Part shown: positions 52,233 through 64,000 of the stretch, piece by piece
How positions within the stretch are numbered: the stretch's first letter is position 1
How the letters are laid out: each line of letters starts with the position of its first letter
From: Octopus sinensis
Lineage: Eukaryota
Length of the DNA stretch: 64,000 nucleotides
Reading direction: 5' to 3'
NCBI RefSeq assembly: GCF_006345805.1
Contig: NC_042999.1
Coordinates: forward strand, 59,148,001 to 59,212,000
Notes under the pieces: model-generated
The model's database searches: none
Told to the model about the DNA's origin: nothing
Seen by the model: the letters and a program-made list of their open reading frames with translations, nothing else
Made by a program: the position numbers and the translations under genes

Positions 52233-53513
52233 CTGCAGGACCGGTAAGTTACCGTGACATAAACACACTAGAACCGCCTGTCAAACTGTGGTTGGGAAGA
52301 AAACTTCTAGCCACACCACTATGCCTGCGCCTATATACACACACACGCACACACACACACACACATATGTAGAGAGAGAGAGAGTGAGGTGTGTGCGTAT
52401 ACACACACATACATATATTTATGCATGTATGTATGTATGTATGTATGTATGTAGTATAGGGGTAGGTGTGGCTGTGCGCTACAAAGGTTGCTTTCCAGCT
52501 ACATGTTTCCGGCTTCAGTCCCTCTGCATGATATCTGGGGCGCATCTGTCTTCTACTAGACGGAGGTGAAAGGATTTGGTAGACGGAAACCGAAAGAAGC
52601 CGCTAGTATATATTAATATGTGTGTGTGTGCGCGTGTGTGTGTCTTTGTATTCGTGTGTGGCCCCTACCTACATTTGCTTCACAACAGAATTTGGTTTCT
52701 TTACAGTCCGGTGATGCAGATTTTTGGTAAACGAGATCTGGGGATGTATTAGGGTTAAACATAAGTGATAGAGTCTATTTTTATTTTTCGTGTAAACCCT
52801 TCAAAGCAGTGCCCTAGCATGGCCGCAGCCCAATGAGTAGAAAAGAAGATAAAAGATGAAACATAGTTCTCAAGATTAATCCACAAAATTATTGCCTCAA
52901 AAAACCAAGCTGTCAATACAAACGCTACATATCTTAGAAACACACGTACATAGATATAGACTATTTGTGGATAAGGAGTCCGTAATTTAATTTGTTAGGA
53001 AATTTTCATTAATGAAAGGTCACTGCATATGCTAGGAAAAAATCTTAAGGTAATATCATATCCTCACAGTTGAGCAATGCTGTGTCAAAATGACCTTAGA
53101 TTTAGAGTGCAACTGGATGTGAAGTAATTAATTTAATAAGTGTTATCAAAGCTTTTATTAACGAAAGGTCACGGAATATACTTGGCAAAAAAGAAGTTGG
53201 ATTACTTATGCATAAGAATATAGGAAGATGTTTCGTGTAATAGATTGAATATCGATGTGTAGCTTGAGTTGTAGTTTATAAAAATGCGTAAAACAGAAGC
53301 AATTACATTAAAGGTGAGATCGTTGCCAATTTTTGAAAAATGTGCTTGGTAAAAAAGAATGCAATATACTCAAAAACACACGCACACACACGTAATATAG
53401 ATATATAGGTAATATATGTATGTGTGTGTGTATGCATGTATATATACATGCATTCATTCATATATGCTTACATACATACATACACACATACATACATACA
53501 TACATACATACAT

Positions 53514-53545
<32 letters not shown>

Positions 53546-53742
53546 GCAGGCAGACAGACAGACAGATATATATATAGATAGATAATCATACAACATTGAG
53601 TGGGAGAACTATATATATATATATACATGTAATATAATATAATATATATATGCATATATAATATATCTATATATAATATATATAATATATATGTATATAT
53701 ATATATATCTATATATAATATATATTATATATAATATATATG

Positions 53743-53782
<40 letters not shown>

Positions 53783-53859
53783 TGTATATATATATATAAT
53801 ATATATATATTATAATATATATATAAAATATATACATATATATATATATGTTATATATA

Positions 53860-53898
<39 letters not shown>

Positions 53899-54360
53899 GG
53901 TCACCAAAGTGACAGAGAGTGCTGTCTAACACCGATTGTGCTAAAATAAGAGTTAAATTAACATTTAAGACAACTAAAACAATGCACGCAATGACTGAGA
54001 ATGGGAGGTAAGTCCCTAGGGTACATGGCTGTATCGGGATTCCGAATTTTCGTGTAGGCCACCTTGATACTCAACAGCGGTTCTTAAACCCTAGGTTTAA
54101 ACTCAACTTCCTTTGTCAATCCTATAAAAATAGCAGTTGAAATCATGTGCTGATTTTCAAAACGGTAAAAGTGTAAACTACAAATGAAAAAATTGACGCT
54201 AAAGAGAATTGAGATGGCCTACACCAAAATTCGAAATCGCGGTAAGGCTATGTACGCTAGGGACTTAACTCTGTTTGACAGTCATTAAGTATAGTGCCGT
54301 AGTGGCTTTAGAGTTAATTTTACTTTCATTTTAGCATAACATCACATTTTAACAGCTATT

Positions 54361-54686
54361 CTTTTATTCCTTTACTTGTTTCAGTGATTTGACTGCGGCC
54401 ATGCTGGAGCATCGTCTGTAGTCGAACGAATGGACCCAAGGACTTATTCTTTGTAAGCCTAGTACTTATTCTATCTGTTACGGGGACGTGAACACACCAG
54501 CATCGGTTGTCACACGATGGTGGTGGTAAGGGGAGAAACAGAGACACAAAAAAAATATATATATACGGCGGGCTTCTTTCAGTTTCCGTCTACCAAATCC
54601 ACACACAAGGATTTACTTGGCCCGATGGCTATAGTAGAAGATACTTGCCCAAGGTGCCACACAGTGGGACTGAACCCGGAACCACG
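54361..54686 (-). mobile_element. SINE family A (head truncated)
   Basis: Matches 56707-57115. Confidence 0.8.
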
Positions 54687-55146
54687 TACACCTAGCTGGG
54701 CGTCATTTCTCTCGCCTCCCGACTTTTTTTCTCTTCTACTATTTTCTTCTCTTCTATTTCTTCAATATCCTTTCAAAATTTCTTCCGGGCGTTACCCATT
54801 ACAATTCGTATTGCCCAAACGGCCCTTAATGCTTGTCTTCGGCGATTGCTTACTCTGTACGGCCACTCTATTGTTGTTTGTTCATTCGAAGCCCTAACTC
54901 TCCATAATTTTTACATTTTAAAAATCTCTGGATGCTGTTGTCTCATGAAGTTTTTCTATCTTGTCGTTAAAAGCACGAATTGGGGAGTAATAAACAGTCA
55001 ACAACTGAGAAAGTGTTGAACCACTTTCGGTATTTTGTCCCATACTTGTTTCTCATTATGTGTTTACGTATTTTTCACTCGTTGGTGATGTCCGGTACTT
55101 AATTTGTATTTTGATTTATTTCATATATTTATCTATTGAATTGGGT

Positions 55147-55780
55147 TAGGAATACAAGCGGGAGAAAGAGAGGAAGGGAGTAAGTAGAAAGGCTAGAATA
55201 GAAGTGACGTGGTAAGAGAAAGAAAAGGAGAAAGAAATGTAAGAGACAATTTGCAGCTGGTCAGCTCGGGGACCAGTCTAAGAAAGGAAGAAAAGGAGGC
55301 ACTGGACGATGGTTACGTGATAGCAGCAGACAGAGGGGAAAGAGCAACGAAGAAAAGAATGGGGAAGCGGATGAGAGGGAAGGAGAAAATCTAGGAATAC
55401 AAGAGAGAGAGAAGGAGTAAGTAGAAAGGCTAGAAAAGAAGTGACACGGTGAGAGAAAGAAAAGGGGAAAGGATGAAGGCAAGAGAGCGAGAGAGAATCA
55501 TACAGGCAACTTCTGTCTCCTTCATTCTTCCTCCTTTTCTTTCTCTTAACCTATCACTTCTCTTCTAGCCTTTCTACTTACTCCCTTTCTCTCTCTCTTT
55601 CTTGTATTTTTAGCCTTTCCCCTTCCCCTTCATCCACTTCCCCTTCTTTTCTCTGTCGCTCCCTCTCCCTGCTGTCTTTCTCCTGTCCCTGCTGTTGTCA
55701 CGTGACACGTGGCCAGTTCCTCTTTTTCTTCCTTTTTTACATCGGTCCCTTAGCTGACCAGATGCAAATTTTGTCCCTCC
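55147..55780. repeat. Purine-rich repeat in direct and inverted copies
   Basis: 55240-55468 is imperfectly inverted at 55531-55780; 55147-55229 directly repeats 55392-55466. Confidence 0.8.
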
Positions 55781-56071
55781 GTTCTCTATTCTCCAAAACC
55801 TTTTCCAAGCGTTACCCACTATTCTCATCTTTTTGGCCCCGAGGCCGTATTTTGTTCGACTGTTTGTCCTCGCCCACCGTCCTAAATCACACTCGGCGTG
55901 TCGTTTTGCTTCTTTTCTTTACTCTTGTTCCTAATTCTATGCAAGAAAGCTATTTTTGCGGGCACCGAAATTGGGAACCACTCAGCCTTATCTTGAAAGG
56001 TGCAAAACTGCACAGTACCATTGGTCGATACCTGATGAAGAATTTTGGACTTTCTGCTTGTCTCTCGTTTA

Positions 56072-56139
<68 letters not shown>

Positions 56140-56636
56140 ATCAAAATTAGCGACAAGGATATCCAGAGGTAATGCAGTACGATCGTTTCATGCAACTCCA
56201 TTTAATTGAACAATGCAATCATTGCATCAATTTAAAATGCAGAGCAATATTTAGCTGAACAAAGACATAGAATTTATTTAAATTACAACAGATGGACACA
56301 TTAGTAAGGATCCGGCAAGCGCGCAGCTTCTGGTGCAAGGTGGCCCCGACCAATATAATATACCGGCGTCTTGGGGGTAGATGACCCTTCCGCTGCGGCT
56401 ACTCTCTCCAGTCGTATATATATATATATATAAGAGCTTGCTTCAGTTACATAAACCATAAAGTTTCCTAGGCTATATGGTAGACCCATCTCGTCAGATA
56501 GGTGGAGAAGCAATCTGATTAGATAGACCTGTCCAACGAGTCCACAAAACGTTCAATCGTGCGGTGCTGAGTCACACTGTTATCAAAAATTATGTTTCAT
56601 ATACACACACACAAACCATACAAAAATATAGATATA

Positions 56637-56693
56637 TGGTTAGGATTCCTGGCTTTCACCCAGGCGGCCCGGGTTCGATTCCCGGCATCGGAA
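56637..56693 (+). tRNA. tRNA-Glu: 5'-truncated tRNA-Glu(TTC) pseudogene
   Basis: Intact anticodon arm cctgg-ctttcac-ccagg (TTC at 56655-56657), T arm ccggg-ttcgatt-cccgg and 3' acceptor gcatcggaa; the 5' acceptor strand and most of the D arm are missing. Confidence 0.85.
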
Positions 56694-56706
56694 CGCTATA
56701 CTTTAT

Positions 56707-57115
56707 AGGCGCAGGAGTGGCTGTTTGGTAAGTAGCTTGCTAACCAACCACATGGTTCCGGGTTCAGTCCCACTGCGTGGCATCTTGGTCACGTGTCTTC
56801 TGCTGTAGACCCGGGCCGACCAATGCCTTGTGAGTGGATTTGGTAGACGGAAACTGAAAGAAGCCTGTCATATATATGTATATATATATATAAGTGTGTG
56901 TGAATATGTTTGTGTGTCTGTGTTTGTTCCCCTAGCATTGCTTGACAACCGATGCTGGTGTGTTTACGTCGCCGTAACTTAGCGGTTCGGCAAAAGAGAC
57001 CGATAGAATAAGTTCTGGGCTTACAAAGAATAAGTCCCGGGGTCGATTTGCTCGACTAAAGGCGGTGCTCCAGCATGGCCGCAGTCAAATCACTGAAACA
57101 AGTAAAAAGAGTAAA
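56707..57115 (+). mobile_element. SINE family A, complete reference copy
   Basis: tRNA-like head (ggttcagtccc), CORE-like cttgg.cacgtgtcttc segment, central TA/TG run and the recurrent 3' half ending in (gagtaaaa)n. Confidence 0.85.
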
Positions 57116-57517
57116 AAAAAAAGAAAAAAAGAGTAAAAATATGTGTGTGCGCGTGTGTACATCTCTGTGTTTATTTAGAAATACTTACACATCTTCTCAC
57201 GTAAGCACATACATATAGACGTGTATATAGATATATATATGCACACACGTATATATGTTAACTTTTTCTTCCATCATTGATATAATTGAAATGTATTTTC
57301 TTAAGTCTCTCTCCACCTTATTTCTCTCCTTCCATTTATTTTTTTACCCTATTTACATATTTCGTCCTGTCTTTCCATATAATTCTTTTTTTTTTCCTCC
57401 TGTTCCATTAATTTCCCCCCCTCGTTCTCTATGTCCGTCTCCTTCGCACTCCTTCAAAGCCTCTGTGATTCATTTGTTTTTGTAAAATACCTTGTCTCTT
57501 CTCTTATATATATATAT

Positions 57518-57573
<56 letters not shown>

Positions 57574-57597
57574 TATTTTTATATATATATATATATA

Positions 57598-57635
<38 letters not shown>

Positions 57636-57673
57636 TATTTTTATATATATATATATATATATAATATATATAT

Positions 57674-57705
<32 letters not shown>

Positions 57706-57707
57706 CG

Positions 57708-57771
<64 letters not shown>

Positions 57772-58167
57772 GTATATGTATATATATATATTATATATAT
57801 ATATTATATATATATATATATAATATATATATATATACACATATTGCCTCCTCTGTATTACACCACCAAACAGAGTGCTGTCATGCTGTCTTTTGCTTGC
57901 GTTTAATATCTCATTGAACTGTCACATACATTTGTTTCCTTTATTAAAATTTTACAATATTAATTTTTTTATCGGCATCTCTTTCATCAAATGTTTATGT
58001 CGGTATAAGCTTTGAGATGAAGATAAAAAATTGTTTTGAATACGCAGTAACGCGAAACTTTGAATAAACAACTGTAAACATCATAGCTCTTTCACTGTTG
58101 CTATTATTATAATTAACACTTCTTTCTCTACTGACATTTTTTCCCCTTTCGAATGCCTTAACAAGGA

Positions 58168-58168
58168 T

Positions 58169-58243
<75 letters not shown>

Positions 58244-58284
58244 TTATAAGATGCCTACGTACAGATTTTCACCCATCTATAGAT

Positions 58285-58326
<42 letters not shown>

Positions 58327-58327
58327 T

Positions 58328-58415
<88 letters not shown>

Positions 58416-58430
58416 TATGGATAGCTTGCT
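58168..58430. repeat. (GATA)n array with no Tx1 insertion
   Basis: Directly visible; the 40-bp interruption is not Tx1 sequence. Confidence 0.9.
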
Positions 58431-59489
58431 AGATAGAGTGATAGAAGGATAGATGCATACACACTTTAATCTGTATATTAGCAGACTTTAACTTTCAAGC
58501 TAAGACTTTTAGTGGGTGCCATGATGATGTCTATGCAGTCATAAGCGTCGCTAACTTTTGCGGGAAATAAGTGTAAATTGTACATGACGATATAAAGGAG
58601 AAAACTATGAAATTTGTGGCTCGTATAACGATATCGTTTATGTCAAATTCGACAATCAACAGTAAAATGAAATCTAAAAACCAGGAGACAATGCTCATTT
58701 ATGATAAAATAATCCCTTTTGTTGTAGAGAAGTATTTAGTGGAAATCAAACATGCTGTTCAATTTTGTGAGGATTTATCAAGCGTGATGTGCGAGATTCT
58801 CGTTTGTTATTTGCAGGACAGATTCATGAATATTTAAATACGTGGAAGCTCCTAGTGTTAACTTCCTTCCATGCAGACCTGTCTGGGGCAAGATCTTCCT
58901 GTGATTATGGGTTCATCATGCAGCCTTTTAAGTTTGCTTTCACTGCATCTGTGAATCTTTTACGATGTACACTACATAAAATACACACGCAAGTTCAGAA
59001 TAGAAATTTACTTTTGGCAGAGAAGACTCACAGATTATGCTATGTCCATCTCAATGCAATTGAATTTCCTTGAGCTTAGCAAAGTACATTGTAGCTTGAT
59101 ATGTTGCCATATCTGAGAATGTGGGCGCCGGAGATTTTCTCCCGTCACTGTAAAAAAAATGCTGAAGCTTTCAGCATAATGTTGTTACACTGCCTAGGTT
59201 TGAGACACATGCAGGTGTAATAAAATTTTAGGTATCAATACATACACCTGAATTGGTATTTAGCAGTGGTGAATTTGTTTAGTTAGTTAGTGTGTGGAAT
59301 ATTATAAAATATCTCTCAGTAAATACGTCAAGCCTTGAGGAGTTCTCCATTATTGTGTTGTTTTCTATGAATGCTTTCTCAACTTTTAATATAGTATTGT
59401 TTTTCACACCTGTAACTAATACGTTGTATTGTGTAGCTTTAAACTAATTGTATATTGGTTTCAAACTTTTGGTATTATGTTCGGGAAAG

Positions 59490-59655
59490 AGGTAAGTTGA
59501 TTACAATGGTCCCATTGCTCAACTGGTACATATATTATCGACTCCGAAAGGATGAAAGGCAAAGTCGGCCTCGGCGGACTTTGTACTCAAAATATAAAGA
59601 TGGACAAAATCTCCCTGAGCATTTTGTACAGCACATGAGCGATTCTGCCAGAATT
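59490..59655 (-). mobile_element. SINE family B, diverged
   Basis: ccgaaaggatgaaaggcaaagtcggcctcggcgga matches family B. Confidence 0.7.
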
Positions 59656-60974
59656 TTTATTTCGCTAGCGAGTGTTACAGAGCTATAACTTTCTGGATGT
59701 CTGGTATATTTCGCCTTTCTTGGGTTGGGCTATTGTAATTATCCTATCCATCATTAATATATGTATCATTCTGATCTGCTACTCACTTCAATGAAGGTCA
59801 TTGCTATATGGCTAAAAATCAGGAATTTCATTATTCCTTAATATTAATATTTAGGTATGTTTCTTGGCGATGATGGCCAACGAAAAGCGTGTGTTACTCT
59901 TCTCCATCTCATCTGTTGTTCATTCTTAATATGCTGATCCTAATATATCTAAACTTCTGTTGGTGGTGGTATTAGTGTATCTTCTAGTGTTATGGCTGTT
60001 AATTTCCTGGCAGAAGTTTGACATTTGATTCAAGTACTTAAATTTACAGGCAAAACACGTTTTCTTTTTATTTACCGCTATATTTTGTTTTAATTATTCT
60101 TTAGCTTTCAAAATTTTTCGTTTTACAGATTTTGTTTATCATTTGTCCTTTTTTTATGTTGGAACCCTCCTTATCTAGTTCGCTAAACCAATAAACCTTT
60201 TGGTTTCTTAGCAATGTTTTACTTTATGTTTTATTCCAGTGGAGGTTTTGAGTTTGTCTGTGTTTATATCACTTTGGACCATATGCCTGATTTCTTTCGA
60301 TACTACCACTGATGTTGTATGGATCAAGTTTTCCTGTCTATCTATAGTCGAGGAATTTGTTGAGCCATGTTATTAACACGACCCACTTCTACATATTTTT
60401 CATAAACCTGTTTATTCATTCATGGCGTGGGAAAGTCCTTACGCTGACCCCTACCCTATTGATTTGGGGATGGTTTCTTTTTCTTATATATTGATTCATT
60501 TAGATTCCCTTCGGTATCAAATTTCTTTGCTTTTTCGCAATGAGCGATTTTATTCTCCTTTATTTTATTCTCAATGCATGCGATCAAACTCTACACATTA
60601 GTTAAGGTTGTGTGTAATTATGGGATTGTCAATAGTCTTCATCTCTGGTTAGATTGAATTCCTTTCATTCTTTGTACATTGGTTCATCCGTGCATAGTCA
60701 GTTTTGCGCACTTATTTTATGAATGTACATTTATTTTGTGTTGCTTTATTTATTTTGTGAAGGCTTATATATTTTTGTGTGTGAGCGGGTTTCGTTATGT
60801 TTGAATTTACTTGTAGCTGGTCACTTTTTTGCTATGTCCCGTCAGATACTATTGTATTTCCAATATATATTCTGTTTATAAATGTGTCTGCTCCAATTAA
60901 GGGGAGCTTGACATTTTCTCTGCGTACGTTCACTAATGTATTTTCAATAATACTCTTTTACTTGGAGATGGCGA

Positions 60975-61165
60975 GCTGACAGAATCGTTAATACGCAGGG
61001 AAAAACAATTAGAGGCATTTCATCCCACTTTACGTTTTGAGTTCAGTCTGCCGAGGTCCGTTTTGCCTTTCACTCTTTCAGTGCTGATAAAGTAGTACCA
61101 GATCAACACTGGAATCGAAGTAATCTACTTAACCCCTCCCATGAAATTAGTGGTCTTGTGCCAAC
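60975..61165 (+). mobile_element. SINE family B, diverged
   Basis: ggcgagctgacagaatcgtta...gagttcagtctgccgaggtc matches family B. Confidence 0.65.
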
Positions 61166-61175
61166 ATTTAATATA

Positions 61176-61744
61176 TTGGGTCGTCCGGAAAGTTCGTGCC
61201 GATTTTTAAAAGAAAGAAAAAAGTCAATAAATACTTACCATTTACATATTTAATCAACCAAATATAAACCATTTTGTTGCACAATGCGTCTCCATCTTTC
61301 CTTTAACTTGAAAATACCCTCTTCCCAGAATTGAGGGGGTTTCATGGCAAAGAATTCATCAAGCTATCTTTTTACGTCATCCAAGGAATTGAAATTTTTA
61401 CCATTAAGACTATTCTGCTGAGACCTGAATAAGTGGAAATTCGAAGGAGCAATATCTGGTGAATATGGAGGGTTGGGTTAACACTTCCCAGCCGAGCTGC
61501 AGCAATTTTTGTCTGGTTCCCAAAGCATCAAGTGCCGAAAATGAACTTTCTTATCTTCCATTTTAAAGGGTTACAGAATTAACACAGGTTATAGGAACAT
61601 AAACCTTCTCCCACGAAAAGATAGCTTAAACTGTGCTCTAAACGGAGGTGTAGTCAAATCCTATTCTATGGACTCAACCATGTTCTAAAATAAGTCGAAA
61701 TGGTAAGCTACTATAATTCGGCACGAACTTTCCGGACAATCCAA
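61176..61744 (-). mobile_element. Internally deleted mariner (569 bp), different family from 38786-40072
   Basis: TIRs ttgggtcgtccggaaagttcgtgccga / tcggcacgaactttccggacaatccaa, TA TSD. Retains the transposase C-terminus (PPYSPDIAPSNFHLF...LDEFFAMKPPQFWEEGIFKLKERWRRIVQQNG). Confidence 0.9.
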
Positions 61745-63709
61745 TACTATCTTTTACTCCATATATCATATATCGCTTTTATAATAATTCTGACTTTTCC
61801 ATATAGTGTTACTCTGTAATAAAACGCATATAACGCTTCTATAGGATTTTATTGGACTAATAATATTTTCAAATGGTTTTATCATGGATTTTTATGTTAC
61901 GAGGCGGCGTTTTTTAATTAATGTTATCTATTCCAGAAGATATCTTTTCGTAATATCTACTTACAAACATGCATTTATAAGTGATTATAAAGTCTCACTG
62001 TGCAAAACTAATTTCTTTGCTTCTTCCTAATGAGCGATTTTATTCTCCTTTATTTTATTCTTGATGCATGCGATCAGTTATAACGAACAACGTTTTAAGC
62101 ATTACTGCGCTAAATGTTGGAGTGTACTTCTTTTCGGATTTACTATGAACTAATTACCGACTTACCGATATATATCTGTGTGTGTGTGTGTATGTGTGGG
62201 CGGAGAATATAAACATCCGGGAAATCCTGTGCAATCTCATTCTTTCCGGTTGTTAGAAAATCACTGGACCAATGTTTGGTCAAGTGGAAACCCATAATCT
62301 CGACACTGTTGCCAATAAATTCCAATATAAACAAATAGCTATTTGAACGCAGTGTATATAATGGACAGAGTCAAGACCATTGAAAAGGTTGCAAGACGCA
62401 ACGAAAATATAAAATAAGTGGAAATTTTACCGGTGAGTGTGTTATATTATAAGGCACAAAAAGAAAATGACTCTCCCCAGACACAACAGACTTGCTTTTA
62501 AAAAAGGAACCTACAAGTCCGTCTACGAGTGCTTGTGAATCGGTGATCGCCTCTAGAAGGGATGGTATGTGCGAGTCTAGTACGAGTGAGAGTGATTCGG
62601 AAAACGATTATAAAAACATTTTTTTATTATAAATGATCTTGACAGTCTTTTTACTTTACATTCTACTGTTGTTTTATTGCCATTTATTTACGATTATAAT
62701 AACATTTATAGGGTAAAATAAATTTTATGCGAAATTATTGCTCTGCTTTACGAGTTTTCACTTTATGAGCAGTCTCCGGGAAGAAATTAACTTGTATATC
62801 GAGGCATTACTGTATTTACTAGCATCAATTTTATTTTAAGATTGTTTTGCTTTCTTGTTTTTTTTATTTAAAATTTATCACGACGCGAACACATGACCTT
62901 GTGCTTAGAACGTTAGCCTTACATTCATTAGATCGTCGCTCTTATTTCAGGATTAGTCGATGCATTTTGTTCTTGAGCGATGTGTTTCATTTATAATTTC
63001 TCCAGTATAGTCAGCTGAAAAGGAGTACCAGCCGACCGTCGGGGCAACCTTCTTAATTTCCTCATACCACATGTTGGATGGTCAACATGTAGTATTTATA
63101 TACATATATATCTACATAATCCAATATGTATTTTCCTTTCTTAACACAACCTGGCTTCAGAGGAATGGAACACTGCAGTATGTGATTTTTTAAAATTTAC
63201 TTATCTCACATGAAGCTCTGTCTTTTCTCTTCTGTATAATATATGCAGGAAATCTAGAGGTTTCTTATTGAAATTCCAATGCCAAGTCGAAATAGGTCGA
63301 CTTCAATTAAGTTTCAAAATACTCTAATGCAACTAATTCATTAGAAGCATACCATTTACTTGCCTTAGTAGCAACAGTAAGAAAAGTCTTTTCATAATCC
63401 ACGAAGACTATAACTTTGTTGATAAACAAAGTTTCCCTCTAGCAATGTTCAACAATCGAAAAACTTAATACAAAAGAAGTAAAATTAACGTAAATTATTA
63501 AAGAAGAAAATAAAGCTATATACCAGATATCGGAAAAAAAATTTTTTTATCGTAGTAATAGAAAAATGGCTGTCTGGCTAAGACGTTTGCTTCGCAACCA
63601 CGTAATTGCGAAGTTTATCCAGTTGAACGGCCGCGCAGCAACTTGAGTAGCATTTTCTACTATAATTTCAAGTTCGTTAACATGAGGATAGACTTAAATT
63701 TTACTCTTA

Positions 63710-63766
<57 letters not shown>

Positions 63767-63772
63767 ATATAT

Positions 63773-63832
<60 letters not shown>

Positions 63833-63833
63833 A

Positions 63834-63875
<42 letters not shown>

Positions 63876-64000
63876 CTTAAAAGGTTATCTAACCAAGTAT
63901 GTAGACTTGGTTAGTCAGAGTGTGACCATTGGTTTTGCACAGTTACTGCTGAGAGAACCTTATAGAAGCGCAAACAATGGTCCCTCTCTGACCAGGTATA

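Noticed and set aside
52690-52735. Exon-like tttctttacag|...|gtaaac
   Set aside because: Lies in a decayed family A SINE, and the frame continuing from 51860 hits TGA.
58789-59073. 94-aa ORF after a strong acceptor at 58816
   Set aside because: No clear donor and no recognisable motif; cannot be separated from chance without expression data.

Overview
AT-rich, microsatellite-dense eukaryotic genomic DNA. The SINE families and repeat texture point to an Octopus-like cephalopod (inference; no database check was possible). Most ORFs in the supplied track are microsatellite artefacts. (1) The strongest signal is a near full-length but frameshifted Tx1/L1-type non-LTR retrotransposon (41513-47850), plus two 5'-truncated relatives (34366-34963, 40737-40909). 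All three sit in (TATC)n arrays, have the array on both sides, share one orientation and lack a poly(A) tail. This suggests a tetranucleotide-microsatellite-targeting retrotransposon. (2) A decayed Penelope-like element (RT + GIY-YIG) and several minimal hammerhead-ribozyme-like motifs. (3) A full-length dead mariner, a deleted mariner, CR1 and RTE remnants, a foldback element and many tRNA-derived SINEs. (4) A solitary diverged 5S rRNA copy and a 5'-truncated tRNA-Glu. (5) Scattered candidate exons of an unrecognised minus-strand gene with a signal-peptide-like start, a plus-strand exon, and a possible shared RFX X-box promoter near 49.5 kb. The gene models are hand-built from splice signals, incomplete and unverified. 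Many SINE and remnant boundaries are approximate.
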